DNA of 64,000 nucleotides from Candidatus Gottesmanbacteria bacterium (GTDB taxonomy: Bacteria > Patescibacteriota > Microgenomatia > UBA10105 > UBA927): assembly GCA_963701185.1 (NCBI GenBank), contig OY969569.1, forward strand, positions 245,735 through 309,734, in the 5' to 3' direction. The number at the start of each line of letters is the position of its first letter. Position 1 is the first letter of the stretch. Made by a program: the position numbers and the translations under genes. The notes under the pieces are model-generated. The model did no database searches. It saw only the letters and a program-made list of their open reading frames with translations, and had not been told where the DNA came from. Positions 46,125 to 56,802 of the stretch are shown here, piece by piece.

Positions 46125-46454
46125 ATGGCGGTATCTATGACAACTGCAAAAATAAAAAAATTTACCCCGGAAGACGTCCACAAAATAGCGAAACTTGCCA
46201 ATATTCCTGTTACCGTCCGCGAAGAATCCGTACTGACAGACGGGTTCAATACGACAATGAAGGTTGTTGATACGCTCTTTTCCGTAGATGTGACAGGCGT
46301 GCCGCCGACCAGTCAGGTCACAGGACTCGAAAATGTTTTCCGTGAAGATGAGATTGACCCAACCCGCCAGTTCACCCAGGACGAAGCTCTCGCCAACGCC
46401 CCGCGTAAACATAACGGCTATTTTGTCGTGGATCAGATCCTTGAGGACGATTAA
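46125..46454 (+). CDS. gatC: Asp/Glu-tRNA amidotransferase subunit C
   Basis: GatC-like DVHKIAKLANIP...VTGV.PT and its position immediately upstream of gatA. Confidence 0.75.
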   Translation: MAVSMTTAKIKKFTPEDVHKIAKLANIPVTVREESVLTDGFNTTMKVVDTLFSVDVTGVPPTSQVTGLENVFREDEIDPTRQFTQDEALANAPRKHNGYFVVDQILEDD

Positions 46455-46456
46455 GT

Positions 46457-47839
46457 ATGAAACTGAATACGCTGACACTCAAAGATGCGATTGAAAAATT
46501 ACGGCATAAAGAAATTTCTCTGCCCGAATTGTATCGGGATATTGACGATGCGATAGCAGAGAAGAATGCCCGGTTAAATATTTACCTCACACGAAACAAT
46601 ACCGCGCTGGCAGAAGCGGAAAAACTATCCTCAAAACCATTAGCAGGAGCGCCTATTGCGGTCAAAGATAACTTTTTGACGATGGGTATGAAAACAACTG
46701 CATCTTCGAACGTACTGAAAGATTTCATACCCCCTTTTGATGCAACGGTTGTTTCCCGTCTGAAAGGCGCGGGCGGCGTTGTTGTCGGCAAAACGAACAT
46801 GGATGCCTGGGCCCACGGTTCAAGCACGGAAACATCGGATTTCGGCCCAACGAAGAATCCCAGAAATCCGGAGTATTTGCCGGGCGGCTCCAGCGGCGGG
46901 AGTGCGGCGGCAGTTGCGGCAGATTTATGTCTTGCGGCAATCGGCAGTGAAACCGCAGGGTCCATACGGCAACCCTCTTCATGGTGCGGGGTCGTGGGTT
47001 TGAAGCCGACCTACGGGCGTGTAAGCCGTTCAGGGATCGTTGCTATGGCATCCTCGACTGATTCGCCCGGACCGATCGGGAAGACCGTGGAAGACTGTGC
47101 AATGCTTTTGAATGTTGTTGCCGGACATGATATCTATGATGCCACAACCTCGCCTGCTCCGGCACCGGATTTTACCAAGTCCATAAAAAACGGGGTGAAA
47201 AAAATGAAGATTGGTGTGTGTTATACGGACCATAAAAAATTGAAAGGTACGGACGCGGCAAAATCAGTAGAAGCGGCAGGGAAAGTATTCGAACGGCTGG
47301 GAGCAAACGTAGAAATGGCAAGGGTGATGCCTCCGGATCCTGCCATTGCGGTGTATACCGTCGTACAGCGCAGCGAAGTCAGCAGTAATTTAGCACGGTA
47401 CGATGGTATACGGTATGACCGAGGCCGTTTGCTTTTCGGAGACGAAGCCAAACGCAGGATCATGCTCGGAACGTTTACGTTGTCAAAAGGATATGCAGAC
47501 CGGTATTACACGACCGCGCAAAAAGTCCGGAGTTTGTACATTAAAAATTATCAGCAATTGTTTGAGGAATATGATCTTTTAATCGCGCCAACGAGCCCGG
47601 GCTATGCGCAAAAGCTGGGAGCAACGAAAGACAACCCGATGTACGGTGAACTTGAGGATATGCTGCTTGAGCCCAGCTCCATTTCCGGTTTGCCGGGCGT
47701 GAGCGTTCCCTGCCGCCGTGATCCGAAAACAAATTTATATCTTGGACTTAATATCATTGCCAATTATTGGCAGGAAGAAAAAATGATTACCGCGGCCTAC
47801 GCATTTGAACAGGAGTTAGCCTTGAAGACTGTCTTATGA
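46457..47839 (+). CDS. gatA: Asp/Glu-tRNA amidotransferase subunit A
   Basis: Amidase signature GGSSGGSAAAVAADLCLAAIGSETAGSIRQP. Confidence 0.9.
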   Translation: MKLNTLTLKDAIEKLRHKEISLPELYRDIDDAIAEKNARLNIYLTRNNTALAEAEKLSSKPLAGAPIAVKDNFLTMGMKTTASSNVLKDFIPPFDATVVSRLKGAGGVVVGKTNMDAWAHGSSTETSDFGPTKNPRNPEYLPGGSSGGSAAAVAADLCLAAIGSETAGSIRQPSSWCGVVGLKPTYGRVSRSGIVAMASSTDSPGPIGKTVEDCAMLLNVVAGHDIYDATTSPAPAPDFTKSIKNGVKKMKIGVCYTDHKKLKGTDAAKSVEAAGKVFERLGANVEMARVMPPDPAIAVYTVVQRSEVSSNLARYDGIRYDRGRLLFGDEAKRRIMLGTFTLSKGYADRYYTTAQKVRSLYIKNYQQLFEEYDLLIAPTSPGYAQKLGATKDNPMYGELEDMLLEPSSISGLPGVSVPCRRDPKTNLYLGLNIIANYWQEEKMITAAYAFEQELALKTVL

Positions 47840-49122
47840 AATACGAACCGGTCATCGGGATGGAAATACATGTGGAGCTAGGCACCAAAAGCAAGATGTT
47901 TTGCGGGTGTCCTGCTGATCACTTTGCTAAAAAACCCAATACCCAAACGTGCCCCGTGTGCCTGGCAATGCCGGGCGGGCTTCCCGTACCGAATAAGAAA
48001 GCAATTGAATGGACAATAAAACTGGGATTAGCGCTCGGGTGCGAGATTCCGCTCGTGAGCAAATTTGACCGGAAGAATTATTTTTATCCCGATTTGCCCA
48101 AAGGCTACCAGATCTCCCAATACGATCAGCCGCTCGCGATTAACGGAAAAATCGGTGATGTCCGGATTCACAGGGTTCATCTTGAAGAAGATACCGGAAA
48201 GCTTGTTCATTCCAAGAATATGACACTCATCGATTTTAATCGGAGCGGCGTGCCGCTTGTTGAAATAGTGACGGAGCCTGATATCCGAAGCGGCGACCAG
48301 GCAAAGGCATTTCTGAAGAAACTCTATCAGATCGTGCGTTACATCGGTATATCCGAGGCGGACATGGAAAAGGGGTCCATGCGGCTGGAGCCCAATATTT
48401 CCGTGAGACAGGCCGGTTCAAAAGCCTTGCCGACGTACAAAGTCGAAGTAAAAAATATCAACTCATTTAATTTCGTCAAAAAGGCCATTGAATATGAGGT
48501 GAAGCGGCATATTGCTTTGTTGGAACAAGGAAAAACGCCCGTGCAGGAAACACGCGGCTGGATGGAAGGGAAGAACGAAACGGTTTCCCAGCGTATGAAG
48601 GAAGAAGCCAATGACTACCGGTATTTTCCCGAGCCGGATATACCTCCCATGAGATGGGAGAAATCACAAATATCCAATATCCAATCTCAAATATCCGAAC
48701 TGCCGGATAAAAAAATAGAAAGATTCAAAAAACAATATCTTCTCAATGATTACGATGCGGGGCTCCTGACGGATACCAAGGAGCTGGCGGATTATTTTGA
48801 AGAATGCGTGAAGCTTGAGGCGGTTCCGGCAAAAAAACTCGCCAACTGGATTATCAACAAAAAAGTAAATATTAACGACGTATTACCGGCGGCTTTAGTG
48901 AAATCCGTCGTGAAGGCATCCGAGGTTTCATCCGTTTCCGACACAGAATTGGAAAATGTGATACAACAGGTTATCGAACAAAATCCAAAAGCGGTCGGGG
49001 ATTACAAAAACGGTAAAGAACAGGCGCTCGGTTTTTTAATCGGGTCCGTCATGCGGTCCACCGCAAAAAAAGCAGACGTTTCACAAATTAAAAAATTGCT
49101 GGTACATCAATTAAAATCCTAA
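47836..49122 (+). CDS. gatB: Asp/Glu-tRNA amidotransferase subunit B
   Basis: GatB motifs MKYEPVIGMEIHVEL, CPVCLAMPGGLP and RSGVPLVEIVTEPD. Confidence 0.9.
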   Translation: MKYEPVIGMEIHVELGTKSKMFCGCPADHFAKKPNTQTCPVCLAMPGGLPVPNKKAIEWTIKLGLALGCEIPLVSKFDRKNYFYPDLPKGYQISQYDQPLAINGKIGDVRIHRVHLEEDTGKLVHSKNMTLIDFNRSGVPLVEIVTEPDIRSGDQAKAFLKKLYQIVRYIGISEADMEKGSMRLEPNISVRQAGSKALPTYKVEVKNINSFNFVKKAIEYEVKRHIALLEQGKTPVQETRGWMEGKNETVSQRMKEEANDYRYFPEPDIPPMRWEKSQISNIQSQISELPDKKIERFKKQYLLNDYDAGLLTDTKELADYFEECVKLEAVPAKKLANWIINKKVNINDVLPAALVKSVVKASEVSSVSDTELENVIQQVIEQNPKAVGDYKNGKEQALGFLIGSVMRSTAKKADVSQIKKLLVHQLKS

Positions 49123-49129
49123 TTGCGTT

Positions 49130-49825
49130 ATGGCAGAACTTAAACTTGATCAGTTGTCCCCAAAATCCCAAAAAAGTCCGTTTGCTCCGGTAATTTTTGC
49201 CGAAGCGAGCGCATTATCAAAGAAAAGACCCGGGGAATCACTCGCGGCTCTGGAGGCACATGCCCGCGACAGGGTTGCATTCGGTGAATATTCAGAACGG
49301 TTACGCAGAGAAACTGACACCGATATGTTGACCGGCGCACTGTCGCGGAAGGCAATATTCCGGAGTATCAGAGAGGATTTAGCCGAAGCAAACAGAAAAA
49401 AAACACATGTACAGATACTCTTTATGGATCTCAAGGGATTAAAATGGTTTAACGACCAATTCGGCCATAACGCCGGGGATGAAGCGCTGCAAATATTTGT
49501 GCGGGAAGTAAAAAAGCACATCCGCGGTTACGATAAAATCGGAAGGTATGGCGGCGATGAATTTATTGTTGTACGAAAAAACGGTCCCTTGAGCGCTGAT
49601 CGGGTCGTGAAAGATATCGGTGACTCTTTTAGCCAATTAGAAGCCCCCTTCAACAGATTGGGTGCCGTGGTGGGGGTTGCTGATTTTAGCAAAGAAAGAG
49701 GACCAACGACAGCAGAGGAACTTATTCATCAGGCCGATCAGGCATTTTATTATGCAAAACAACATAATATAGACACACCGGTTGTTTGGGAGCCGTCCAT
49801 GGCTTCCATTGTCGTTCCGAAATAG
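49130..49825 (+). CDS. GGDEF-domain diguanylate cyclase (no sensor domain)
   Basis: Intact active site RYGGDEF and an upstream I-site RGYD (RxxD). About 65 aa of N-terminal non-domain sequence. Confidence 0.8.
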   Translation: MAELKLDQLSPKSQKSPFAPVIFAEASALSKKRPGESLAALEAHARDRVAFGEYSERLRRETDTDMLTGALSRKAIFRSIREDLAEANRKKTHVQILFMDLKGLKWFNDQFGHNAGDEALQIFVREVKKHIRGYDKIGRYGGDEFIVVRKNGPLSADRVVKDIGDSFSQLEAPFNRLGAVVGVADFSKERGPTTAEELIHQADQAFYYAKQHNIDTPVVWEPSMASIVVPK

Positions 49826-49826
49826 C

Positions 49827-52800
49827 ATGAGCGAATTTGTTCACCTCCACACGCACAGCGAGTTTTCACTTCTGGATGGTCTGGGGAAACTGGATCATCT
49901 TATTGAACGTGCCAAATCTTACGGCATGGACGCGTTGGGATTAACAGACCATGGTGCCATGTACGGATCATTCAAGTTTTATCTCAAGGCCAAGGCCGCG
50001 GGCATCAAGCCGATTATCGGCGTGGAAACGTACGTAGCCCGCCGCAGCCGGTTTGATCGCGAGGGGAAAATCGACACGGACCCATACCACCTTATTCTTC
50101 TTGCGAAGAACGAAACCGGCTACAAAAATCTCATGAAGCTGGTGACCCATGCGCACCTTGAAGGGTATTATTACAAACCGCGCATTGACTGGGAACTCCT
50201 GACGGAACATCATGACGGGCTTATCTGCACCAGCGGCTGCCTGCGGGGACAGCTCGCGTCGCTTCTTATAGAAGGAAAAGAAAAGGAAGCGGAGCGGATA
50301 GCCGGTCAGTACGCCGCGTTGTTCGGAACTGATCAGTATTACATTGAGATTCAGAAACATCCGAACATTCCGATTATTGATGAGGTGAATGAAAAACTCA
50401 TAAAACTATCCAGAAATCTCGGCATTCCCCTGGTTGCGACCAATGATATTCATTATGTAGATCCGGACGATGCTGAAGCGCAGGAAATACTCCTGTGCGT
50501 CCAGACGCAGCATACGATAGTGGAGAAAAACAGGGCCCTTTCCATGCTCGCCTCGCCGGATTTTTATATGCGCAGTCCCGATGAAATGAAGGGCCTGTTT
50601 ATCCAGTACCCGGAGGCAATAGCCAACACGGTGAAAATTGCGGGGATGTGTGATCTTACCCTATCCGTCGGGAAATGGATATTACCCCATTACCCGCTCG
50701 TAAACGGCGGAACACCGGCTATGCATTTGGAGCAGATGGTTTGGGAGCGGGCCAAAACGAAATTCCCGGCACTCACGCAGGAAATTAAGGAACGTATCAC
50801 CTATGAACTGGGGATTATCAATGCAAAAGGATATTCAACCTATTTTCTCATCGTCCAGGATTTCGTCAACTGGGCGAAAAATAACAATATTGCCGTCGGT
50901 CCGGGGCGAGGATCAGCGGCAGGATCGGTCATTTCCTATATTCTTAACATCACCGGTTTAAATCCTCTCTATTTTAATCTTCCGTTTGAACGTTTTCTTA
51001 ATCCGTCACGTCCGAGTCCTCCGGATATTGATCTGGATTTTGAAGATGACCGGAGGGACGAAGTTATTGCGTATGTCACGGCACGATACGGATCGGATAA
51101 AGTAGCCCAGATTATTACCTTCGGAACCATGGAAGCCAGAGGCGCAATCCGGGATGCAGGCCGCGCCCTCGGTATGCCCTACGCGGCGCCGGATCGGATC
51201 AGTAAGATGATTCCGGCCGGATTTCAGGGAAGTCCCATGACGATTGAGAAAGCGCTGGAACAGTCTGCGGAGCTTGCGCTTGCGTACAAAACCGAACCGG
51301 AAACGAAACGTCTGTTGGATGTTGCGCGCCGCCTCGAAGGGGTCGCCCGACATGCATCAGTTCATGCGGCAGGCGTTGTCATTGCCGACAAGCCGCTTGT
51401 CGAGTACACCCCGCTTCAGAAGGAAAGCAAGGGAGAGCGGATTATTACGCAGTATGACATGTATACCGTGGGTGAAGATGGCGTCGGACTCCTCAAAATG
51501 GATTTCCTGGGTTTACGAAACCTCACGATTATGTCGCAGGCGCTCAGGTTTATTAAAGAGGTTCGCGGGGAAACCGTTGATTTGGAAAAGATATCTCTTG
51601 ATAACAAAAAGACCTATCAGATGCTCGCAAGCGGGGAAACAACCGGAGTATTTCAACTTGAGTCTGCGGGTATGCGCCGTTACATCAAAGAACTCAAACC
51701 GACGAATATTTTCGATGTCATGGCGATGGTCGCGCTTTTTCGTCCCGGACCGATGGCGACCATACCGGAATTTATCAAACGAAAACACAATCCGGCAACT
51801 ATTACCTATCCGGATCCGAGACTCAAGGATGTGCTGAAACAGTCCTATGGCATTATCGCCTATCAGGACGACGTACTTTTGACGGCTATTACGCTTGCCG
51901 GGTATACCTGGGGGGACGCGGATAAACTGAGAAAAGCAGTCGGTAAAAAAATTCCGACAGAAATGAAAAAACAAAAGGAAAAATTTATTGAAGGATGTGT
52001 GAAAAACGGGTTAACACGACTCAAGGCTGAAGATATATTTAATCTGATTGAGCCGTTTGCCGGATACGGATTTAATAAAGCGCACGCCGCCTGTTATGCC
52101 ACTATTGCCTATGAGACCGCGTATTTGAAGGCAAATTATCCTGTGGAGTTTATGACGGCAGTATTAACCGCGGAATCGCGCGCCAATACCGGACCAGCGC
52201 GGGACGAAAGGATTGCGAACATGGTCGCCGAATGCAGGAGGACCGGACTCATACTCCTTCCTCCGGATATCAACACATCAGATATTGAATTTACCATCGA
52301 AGATGGAAAAATTCGTTTCGGACTGTCCGCAGTCAAAAATGTCGGATCCGCGGCCATCGAAAGCATTCTGGCGGCGCGCAGTGTCTCCCGGTTTGTAAGC
52401 CTCTCTGATATTATTTCCCGCGTTGATACGTCTAAAGTGAACAAAAAAACGTTCGAAAGTCTTATTAAAACCGGCGCCATGGACGCCTTCGGTTCACGCG
52501 CATCTATGTTATCAGCGTTCACACAACTTTTGGAACAGGCTCATAAGCATAAAAAGGCGGTTGCCTCAGGCCAGGTCGGACTATTTGCCGAAGATGATGC
52601 ATCGCAGGTCTTTTCCGATGTTCTGGCGGATATCCCCGAGCTTTCCCAGTCGGAACTCTTAGGATTTGAGAAGGAATTGCTTGGTTTTTATCTTACGACC
52701 CATCCGTTGGAACCGCACCGTAAAATGTTCGCAGCAAAATCGTTTACCCCTGTCGCCGACCTTACGAGCGGAAATATCGGGGAACGTGTGCGTATTGCAG

Positions 52801-53030
52801 GCATCATTGTCAGTATAAAAAAGATCATCACGCGCGCGGGAAACCATGAAATGGCATTTGCGCGCCTGGAGGATTTGACCGGAACGATAGAAGTCGTTGT
52901 GTTCCCAAAAATCTACGCGTTGACTGCTGATTTGTGGAAACCTGACCGCGTGGTGGAACTTTCGGGGAAACTGGATCAAAAAGAAGACCGTCTCACGATA
53001 TTAGCTGATGATGTCAAACTGCTGATTTAG
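49827..53030 (+). CDS. dnaE: DNA polymerase III alpha subunit
   Basis: ATG at 49827. PHP domain FVHLHTHSEFSLLDG; pol III alpha fingers/palm (GPGRGSAAGS, KMDFLGLRNLT); a C-terminal OB fold. Confidence 0.9.
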   Translation: MSEFVHLHTHSEFSLLDGLGKLDHLIERAKSYGMDALGLTDHGAMYGSFKFYLKAKAAGIKPIIGVETYVARRSRFDREGKIDTDPYHLILLAKNETGYKNLMKLVTHAHLEGYYYKPRIDWELLTEHHDGLICTSGCLRGQLASLLIEGKEKEAERIAGQYAALFGTDQYYIEIQKHPNIPIIDEVNEKLIKLSRNLGIPLVATNDIHYVDPDDAEAQEILLCVQTQHTIVEKNRALSMLASPDFYMRSPDEMKGLFIQYPEAIANTVKIAGMCDLTLSVGKWILPHYPLVNGGTPAMHLEQMVWERAKTKFPALTQEIKERITYELGIINAKGYSTYFLIVQDFVNWAKNNNIAVGPGRGSAAGSVISYILNITGLNPLYFNLPFERFLNPSRPSPPDIDLDFEDDRRDEVIAYVTARYGSDKVAQIITFGTMEARGAIRDAGRALGMPYAAPDRISKMIPAGFQGSPMTIEKALEQSAELALAYKTEPETKRLLDVARRLEGVARHASVHAAGVVIADKPLVEYTPLQKESKGERIITQYDMYTVGEDGVGLLKMDFLGLRNLTIMSQALRFIKEVRGETVDLEKISLDNKKTYQMLASGETTGVFQLESAGMRRYIKELKPTNIFDVMAMVALFRPGPMATIPEFIKRKHNPATITYPDPRLKDVLKQSYGIIAYQDDVLLTAITLAGYTWGDADKLRKAVGKKIPTEMKKQKEKFIEGCVKNGLTRLKAEDIFNLIEPFAGYGFNKAHAACYATIAYETAYLKANYPVEFMTAVLTAESRANTGPARDERIANMVAECRRTGLILLPPDINTSDIEFTIEDGKIRFGLSAVKNVGSAAIESILAARSVSRFVSLSDIISRVDTSKVNKKTFESLIKTGAMDAFGSRASMLSAFTQLLEQAHKHKKAVASGQVGLFAEDDASQVFSDVLADIPELSQSELLGFEKELLGFYLTTHPLEPHRKMFAAKSFTPVADLTSGNIGERVRIAGIIVSIKKIITRAGNHEMAFARLEDLTGTIEVVVFPKIYALTADLWKPDRVVELSGKLDQKEDRLTILADDVKLLI

Positions 53031-53083
53031 ACAGCGATTGTAATCTTTTATTATAACGCAAATCAGCGGAAAAAAGAAAGATG

Positions 53084-53136
53084 TTGACTTTGAGGGCGGC
53101 TATTCACTAAAATTCGCTTAGCCTTGTGATAGAATG
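53084..53136 (+). promoter_or_regulatory. candidate atp-operon promoter(s): TTGACT, 18 nt spacer, TAAAAT, and an extended -10 TGaTAGAAT
   Basis: TTGACT at 53084-53089 and TAAAAT at 53108-53113. TG at 53127-28 precedes TAGAAT at 53130-35. The operon starts about 20-70 nt downstream. Confidence 0.4.
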
Positions 53137-53153
53137 ACTAACAGGGTTGTTGT

Positions 53154-53420
53154 GTGGTTGAACAATACGATATCACGCTGAAGGATGGGTTTCGGGGGGC
53201 AAAAAACCGCCGGAAACGCAGGACTTCTCAACCAGACAATGCGTGGTATTATTTAGGGTTGGTAGGACAAATAGGATACGTTGTCGCCCTTCCTGTTGCA
53301 GGAGGTGCAATAGTAGGTTCATTACTTGATCACAGGGCGTTGGGAATAGGTATCGGGTTTGTGATTTCAGCAGCCGGGTTTGTGAGAATCATACAGAAAA
53401 TAATGAGATTCCGGAAATAA
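53154..53420 (+). CDS. AtpZ/AtpI-like small membrane protein preceding atpB
   Basis: GTG start; two TM helices (WYYLGLVGQIGYVVALPVAGGAIVGSLL...); conserved position upstream of F0 subunit a. Confidence 0.45.
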   Translation: MVEQYDITLKDGFRGAKNRRKRRTSQPDNAWYYLGLVGQIGYVVALPVAGGAIVGSLLDHRALGIGIGFVISAAGFVRIIQKIMRFRK

Positions 53421-53427
53421 TTTTGAT

Positions 53428-54171
53428 ATGCCACAAATTTCACTCGCAGCGGAAAAAATCGGGTCCGTATTCGGATTATCCATCACTAATTCACTGCTGT
53501 CGACGTGGATCGTGATGGCGATTTTAGTTGTATTTTCACTTGCCGCGACCCGCAATATGACGATGGTCCCAAGCGGCCTTCAGTCAATTGCGGAAATGAT
53601 TATCGGCGGATTGTATGATTTCTTTACATCCGTGGTAGGCACGTATATTAAACAGCTTTTCCCCCTCATTGCCTCATTTTTCCTCTTTATCGTGGTCGCT
53701 AATTGGTTTGGTTTGCTTCCGGGAGTCGGGACTGTCGGATTTTACGAAGGGGAAAAATTTGTACCCCTCCTTCGGGGTTCGAATGCGGATTTGAATATGA
53801 CGCTCGCCCTTGCCATCGTTTCCATTGTCGCGATCCAGTACTTCGGGTTTCAAATGCTTGGTTTTCATTACAGTACACGCTATATAAATTTTAAAGGCCC
53901 CATTGATTTCTTTCTGGGTTTTCTGGAAATCATATCCCAACTTGCAGATGTCGTGTCATTTGCGTTCCGGTTATTCGGCAACATATTTGCCGGCGAGGTG
54001 CTTCTGACCGTCATTGCTTTTCTCATGCCGTTTATCGTGCCCCTGCCGTTTATGGCACTTGAACTGTTTGTCGGATTTATCCAGGCGCTGGTATTTTCCA
54101 TGTTGACGGCTGTATTTTTGAAGGTTGCGGTGTCGCATGGGGCGGAAGAACACGTTAAACATGCGGCGTAA
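53428..54171 (+). CDS. atpB: ATP synthase F0 subunit a
   Basis: About 5 TM helices and the conserved Arg region AFRLFGNIFAGEVLL. Confidence 0.9.
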   Translation: MPQISLAAEKIGSVFGLSITNSLLSTWIVMAILVVFSLAATRNMTMVPSGLQSIAEMIIGGLYDFFTSVVGTYIKQLFPLIASFFLFIVVANWFGLLPGVGTVGFYEGEKFVPLLRGSNADLNMTLALAIVSIVAIQYFGFQMLGFHYSTRYINFKGPIDFFLGFLEIISQLADVVSFAFRLFGNIFAGEVLLTVIAFLMPFIVPLPFMALELFVGFIQALVFSMLTAVFLKVAVSHGAEEHVKHAA

Positions 54172-54189
54172 GTTAGGAGGTGAGTATTC

Positions 54190-54417
54190 GTGGATCAAGA
54201 AACAATTAAATTAATTATGACTGGTGTTACCGTTGCAGTTGGAGGTATTGTGCCTGCAATGGCAATTGGAATGCTTTCTGCAAAAGCGATGGAAGCAATC
54301 GGAAGAAATCCGGAGGCTGCTGACGGAATTCGAACGACGATGATATTAGGATTGGCATTTGCTGAAGCGATCGCTATTTATTCATTAGTGGCTGGCCTGA
54401 TTATCAAATTCGTGTAA
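54190..54417 (+). CDS. atpE: ATP synthase F0 subunit c
   Basis: GTG start with RBS AGGAGGTGAG. A hairpin proteolipid with the GRNPE loop and carboxylate helix LGLAFAEAIAIYSLV. Confidence 0.9.
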   Translation: MDQETIKLIMTGVTVAVGGIVPAMAIGMLSAKAMEAIGRNPEAADGIRTTMILGLAFAEAIAIYSLVAGLIIKFV

Positions 54418-54443
54418 GGGGGGGCCCATGAAAGGATACCGTT

Positions 54444-54941
54444 ATGGAGCAGTTAGGCATTGAGCCGAAATTACTTTTAGCTCAAATAGTCAATTTTCTG
54501 ATTATATTTTTTGTGCTATCGAAGCTTCTCTATAAGCCGATCCTTGACATGCTGGAGAAGAGAAAGAAGGAGATAACAGCAGGACTTGAACTGACTGAAA
54601 AGCTGCGGGCAGAGGAAGAAAAGACGAATGTACGGAAAGAGAAGGTATTAGATGAGGCCCGCAGGGAAGCGCGAAATATCGTGGAAGCGGGCAAGAAAGA
54701 GGCGGAGGCCCAGGCCCGCGACATTATTGAGGCCGCCCATACTCAGGCGCAAGGCATCATAGCAAAAGGAAAAGACGATATCGTTGAACTTCGCGCGGGT
54801 ATGGAGAAAGACGTCCGTAAAGCAGCGGTAGATATTGCCCAGGCAATGACGAAACAGCTACTGTCGCAGATTCTTTCTTCTGCTGATCAGCATAAGCTGA
54901 TACAAAAACACATCAAGGAACTGGAAAGGGTGAGTGCATGA
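54444..54941 (+). CDS. atpF: ATP synthase F0 subunit b
   Basis: N-terminal TM followed by a long charged coiled coil. Confidence 0.8.
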   Translation: MEQLGIEPKLLLAQIVNFLIIFFVLSKLLYKPILDMLEKRKKEITAGLELTEKLRAEEEKTNVRKEKVLDEARREARNIVEAGKKEAEAQARDIIEAAHTQAQGIIAKGKDDIVELRAGMEKDVRKAAVDIAQAMTKQLLSQILSSADQHKLIQKHIKELERVSA

Positions 54942-55294
54942 AAATGCTGTCAAAAGACGCACGGGGATTTATCGAAGGCGTCGCCTCGTATATCAGAAGT
55001 GACGCACGCGCCAAAAGCGTCGTACCCAAAGTGCAGTCGCTTATAACGAAAGTTACTGCATCCGCGAAAAAAGAAGAAAATGCAGAGGTGAAAAGTGCGG
55101 TGTCATTGGTTGCGCCGGAGAAGAAACGTATCGATGCATTGCTGGAGAAGCTTTTAGGGCATCCTGTACAGTGTCAGTATAATATTGATACCTCTCTTGT
55201 AGGGGGCATTCAAATTCAGGTTGCGGATTGGATTGTCGATTCAAGTCTCGCGACTCAGCTGACTTCCATTGCACATTCAGTTACATCCATATGA
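54938..55294 (+). CDS. atpH: ATP synthase F1 subunit delta (short, 118 aa)
   Basis: The C-terminal delta/OSCP-like [26 protein letters not shown], positioned between b and alpha. Confidence 0.65.
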   Translation: MKMLSKDARGFIEGVASYIRSDARAKSVVPKVQSLITKVTASAKKEENAEVKSAVSLVAPEKKRIDALLEKLLGHPVQCQYNIDTSLVGGIQIQVADWIVDSSLATQLTSIAHSVTSI

Positions 55295-56799
55295 AAAACG
55301 ATTACACCAGTGATATAGCGGGTGAATTAGTCAAAAAGATAGCGCAGTTTGAACCGAAAGTCCGTGCGGCTCGGATCGGACACGTCATATCCGTTGCCGA
55401 CGGTGTTGCCAGGGTATCAGGAATCCCACAGGTTGCCCTCATGGAGCGAGTCCAGTTTGAAAGCGGGATTGCCGGGCTTGCAATTAACCTGGAAGAAGAT
55501 GTCGTCGGTGTGATCGTTTTAGGCGACTATCTATCTATAAAAGAAGGTGATGAGGTAACCGCCACAGGTAAGCTTCTGTCCATGCCGGTCGGCGAATCAT
55601 TTTTAGGACGCGTGGTTAATCCGATCGGAGAGGCTCTGGACGGAGGCCATCAGATAAAACCAAAAACAATGTACCCGATAGAAAAAGTTGCGCCTTCCGT
55701 CACCAGCCGCCGGAGCGTTAAGACGCCCATCCAAACCGGCATTAAAGCGATTGATGCCATGATTCCGATCGGACGCGGGCAACGGGAGCTCATCATCGGC
55801 GACCGGAATACCGGAAAAACATCGATCGTTGTTGATACGATTATTAATCAAAAAAAAGAGAACGTTGTCTGTATCTACGTCGCCATCGGCCAGAAAACAT
55901 CCCGTATCGCCCAGGTTATCCGGGATCTTACCGAGCATGGGGCTCTTGACCATACGATTGTGGTAGTCGCCTCTGCCAGTGATTCGGCGGCTTACCAATA
56001 TCTTGCACCGTACGCAGGATGTGCGTTAGGTGAATATTTTATGGATCAGGGCCGTGATGCCCTTATTATCTACGACGATTTGACGAAACATGCGTGGGCG
56101 TACCGGCAAATATCATTAATTTTGCGAAGACCGTCAGGTCGCGAGGCATACCCCGGTGATGTTTTTTACCTCCACAGCCGCCTTCTTGAACGCGCTTGCC
56201 GGCTTGATGAGAAACACGGAGGCGGATCTCTTACTGCCCTTCCCATTATTGAAACACTGGCCAACGATATGTCCGCCTATATTCCGACCAACGTTATTTC
56301 CATTACCGACGGGCAGCTCTTTTTGGAATCGGACCTCTTTAACGCGGGCCAGCGGCCTGCCATCAACGTGGGTATTTCCGTTTCCCGCGTCGGGGGAGAG
56401 GCACAGATTAAAGCGATGAAAAAGGTAGCAGGAACCCTGAAGCTGGATCTTGCACAGTACCGGTCGCTGGCGGCTTTTGCGCAGTTTAGCTCTGATGTTG
56501 ACGAGGCGACTAAAAAACAAATTGAACGAGGGAGCCGTATGATGGAACTTCTCAAACAGGGTTTATTTGTTCCTATGCCGGTTGAAGAACAGATTGCAAG
56601 CATTTGGGCCGGTACCAGCGGGTATCTTGATGACATACCGGTTGCCAAAGTCGGATCGTTTGAACAAGGATTCTTAGCGTTTTTAAACTCAAAGTACAAG
56701 AAAACCCTTTCCGCGATTGTTAAAGAAAAGGTTGTGACTCCGGAAATTGAGTCCAAGCTCAAAGAGGCGGTCGGGGATTTCAAAAAGGAGTTTACCTAA
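55291..56799 (+). CDS. atpA: ATP synthase F1 subunit alpha
   Basis: ATG at 55291 overlaps the atpH stop. Walker [10 protein letters not shown] and the alpha-specific regions. Confidence 0.95.
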   Translation: MKNDYTSDIAGELVKKIAQFEPKVRAARIGHVISVADGVARVSGIPQVALMERVQFESGIAGLAINLEEDVVGVIVLGDYLSIKEGDEVTATGKLLSMPVGESFLGRVVNPIGEALDGGHQIKPKTMYPIEKVAPSVTSRRSVKTPIQTGIKAIDAMIPIGRGQRELIIGDRNTGKTSIVVDTIINQKKENVVCIYVAIGQKTSRIAQVIRDLTEHGALDHTIVVVASASDSAAYQYLAPYAGCALGEYFMDQGRDALIIYDDLTKHAWAYRQISLILRRPSGREAYPGDVFYLHSRLLERACRLDEKHGGGSLTALPIIETLANDMSAYIPTNVISITDGQLFLESDLFNAGQRPAINVGISVSRVGGEAQIKAMKKVAGTLKLDLAQYRSLAAFAQFSSDVDEATKKQIERGSRMMELLKQGLFVPMPVEEQIASIWAGTSGYLDDIPVAKVGSFEQGFLAFLNSKYKKTLSAIVKEKVVTPEIESKLKEAVGDFKKEFT

Positions 56800-56802
56800 C
56801 CT

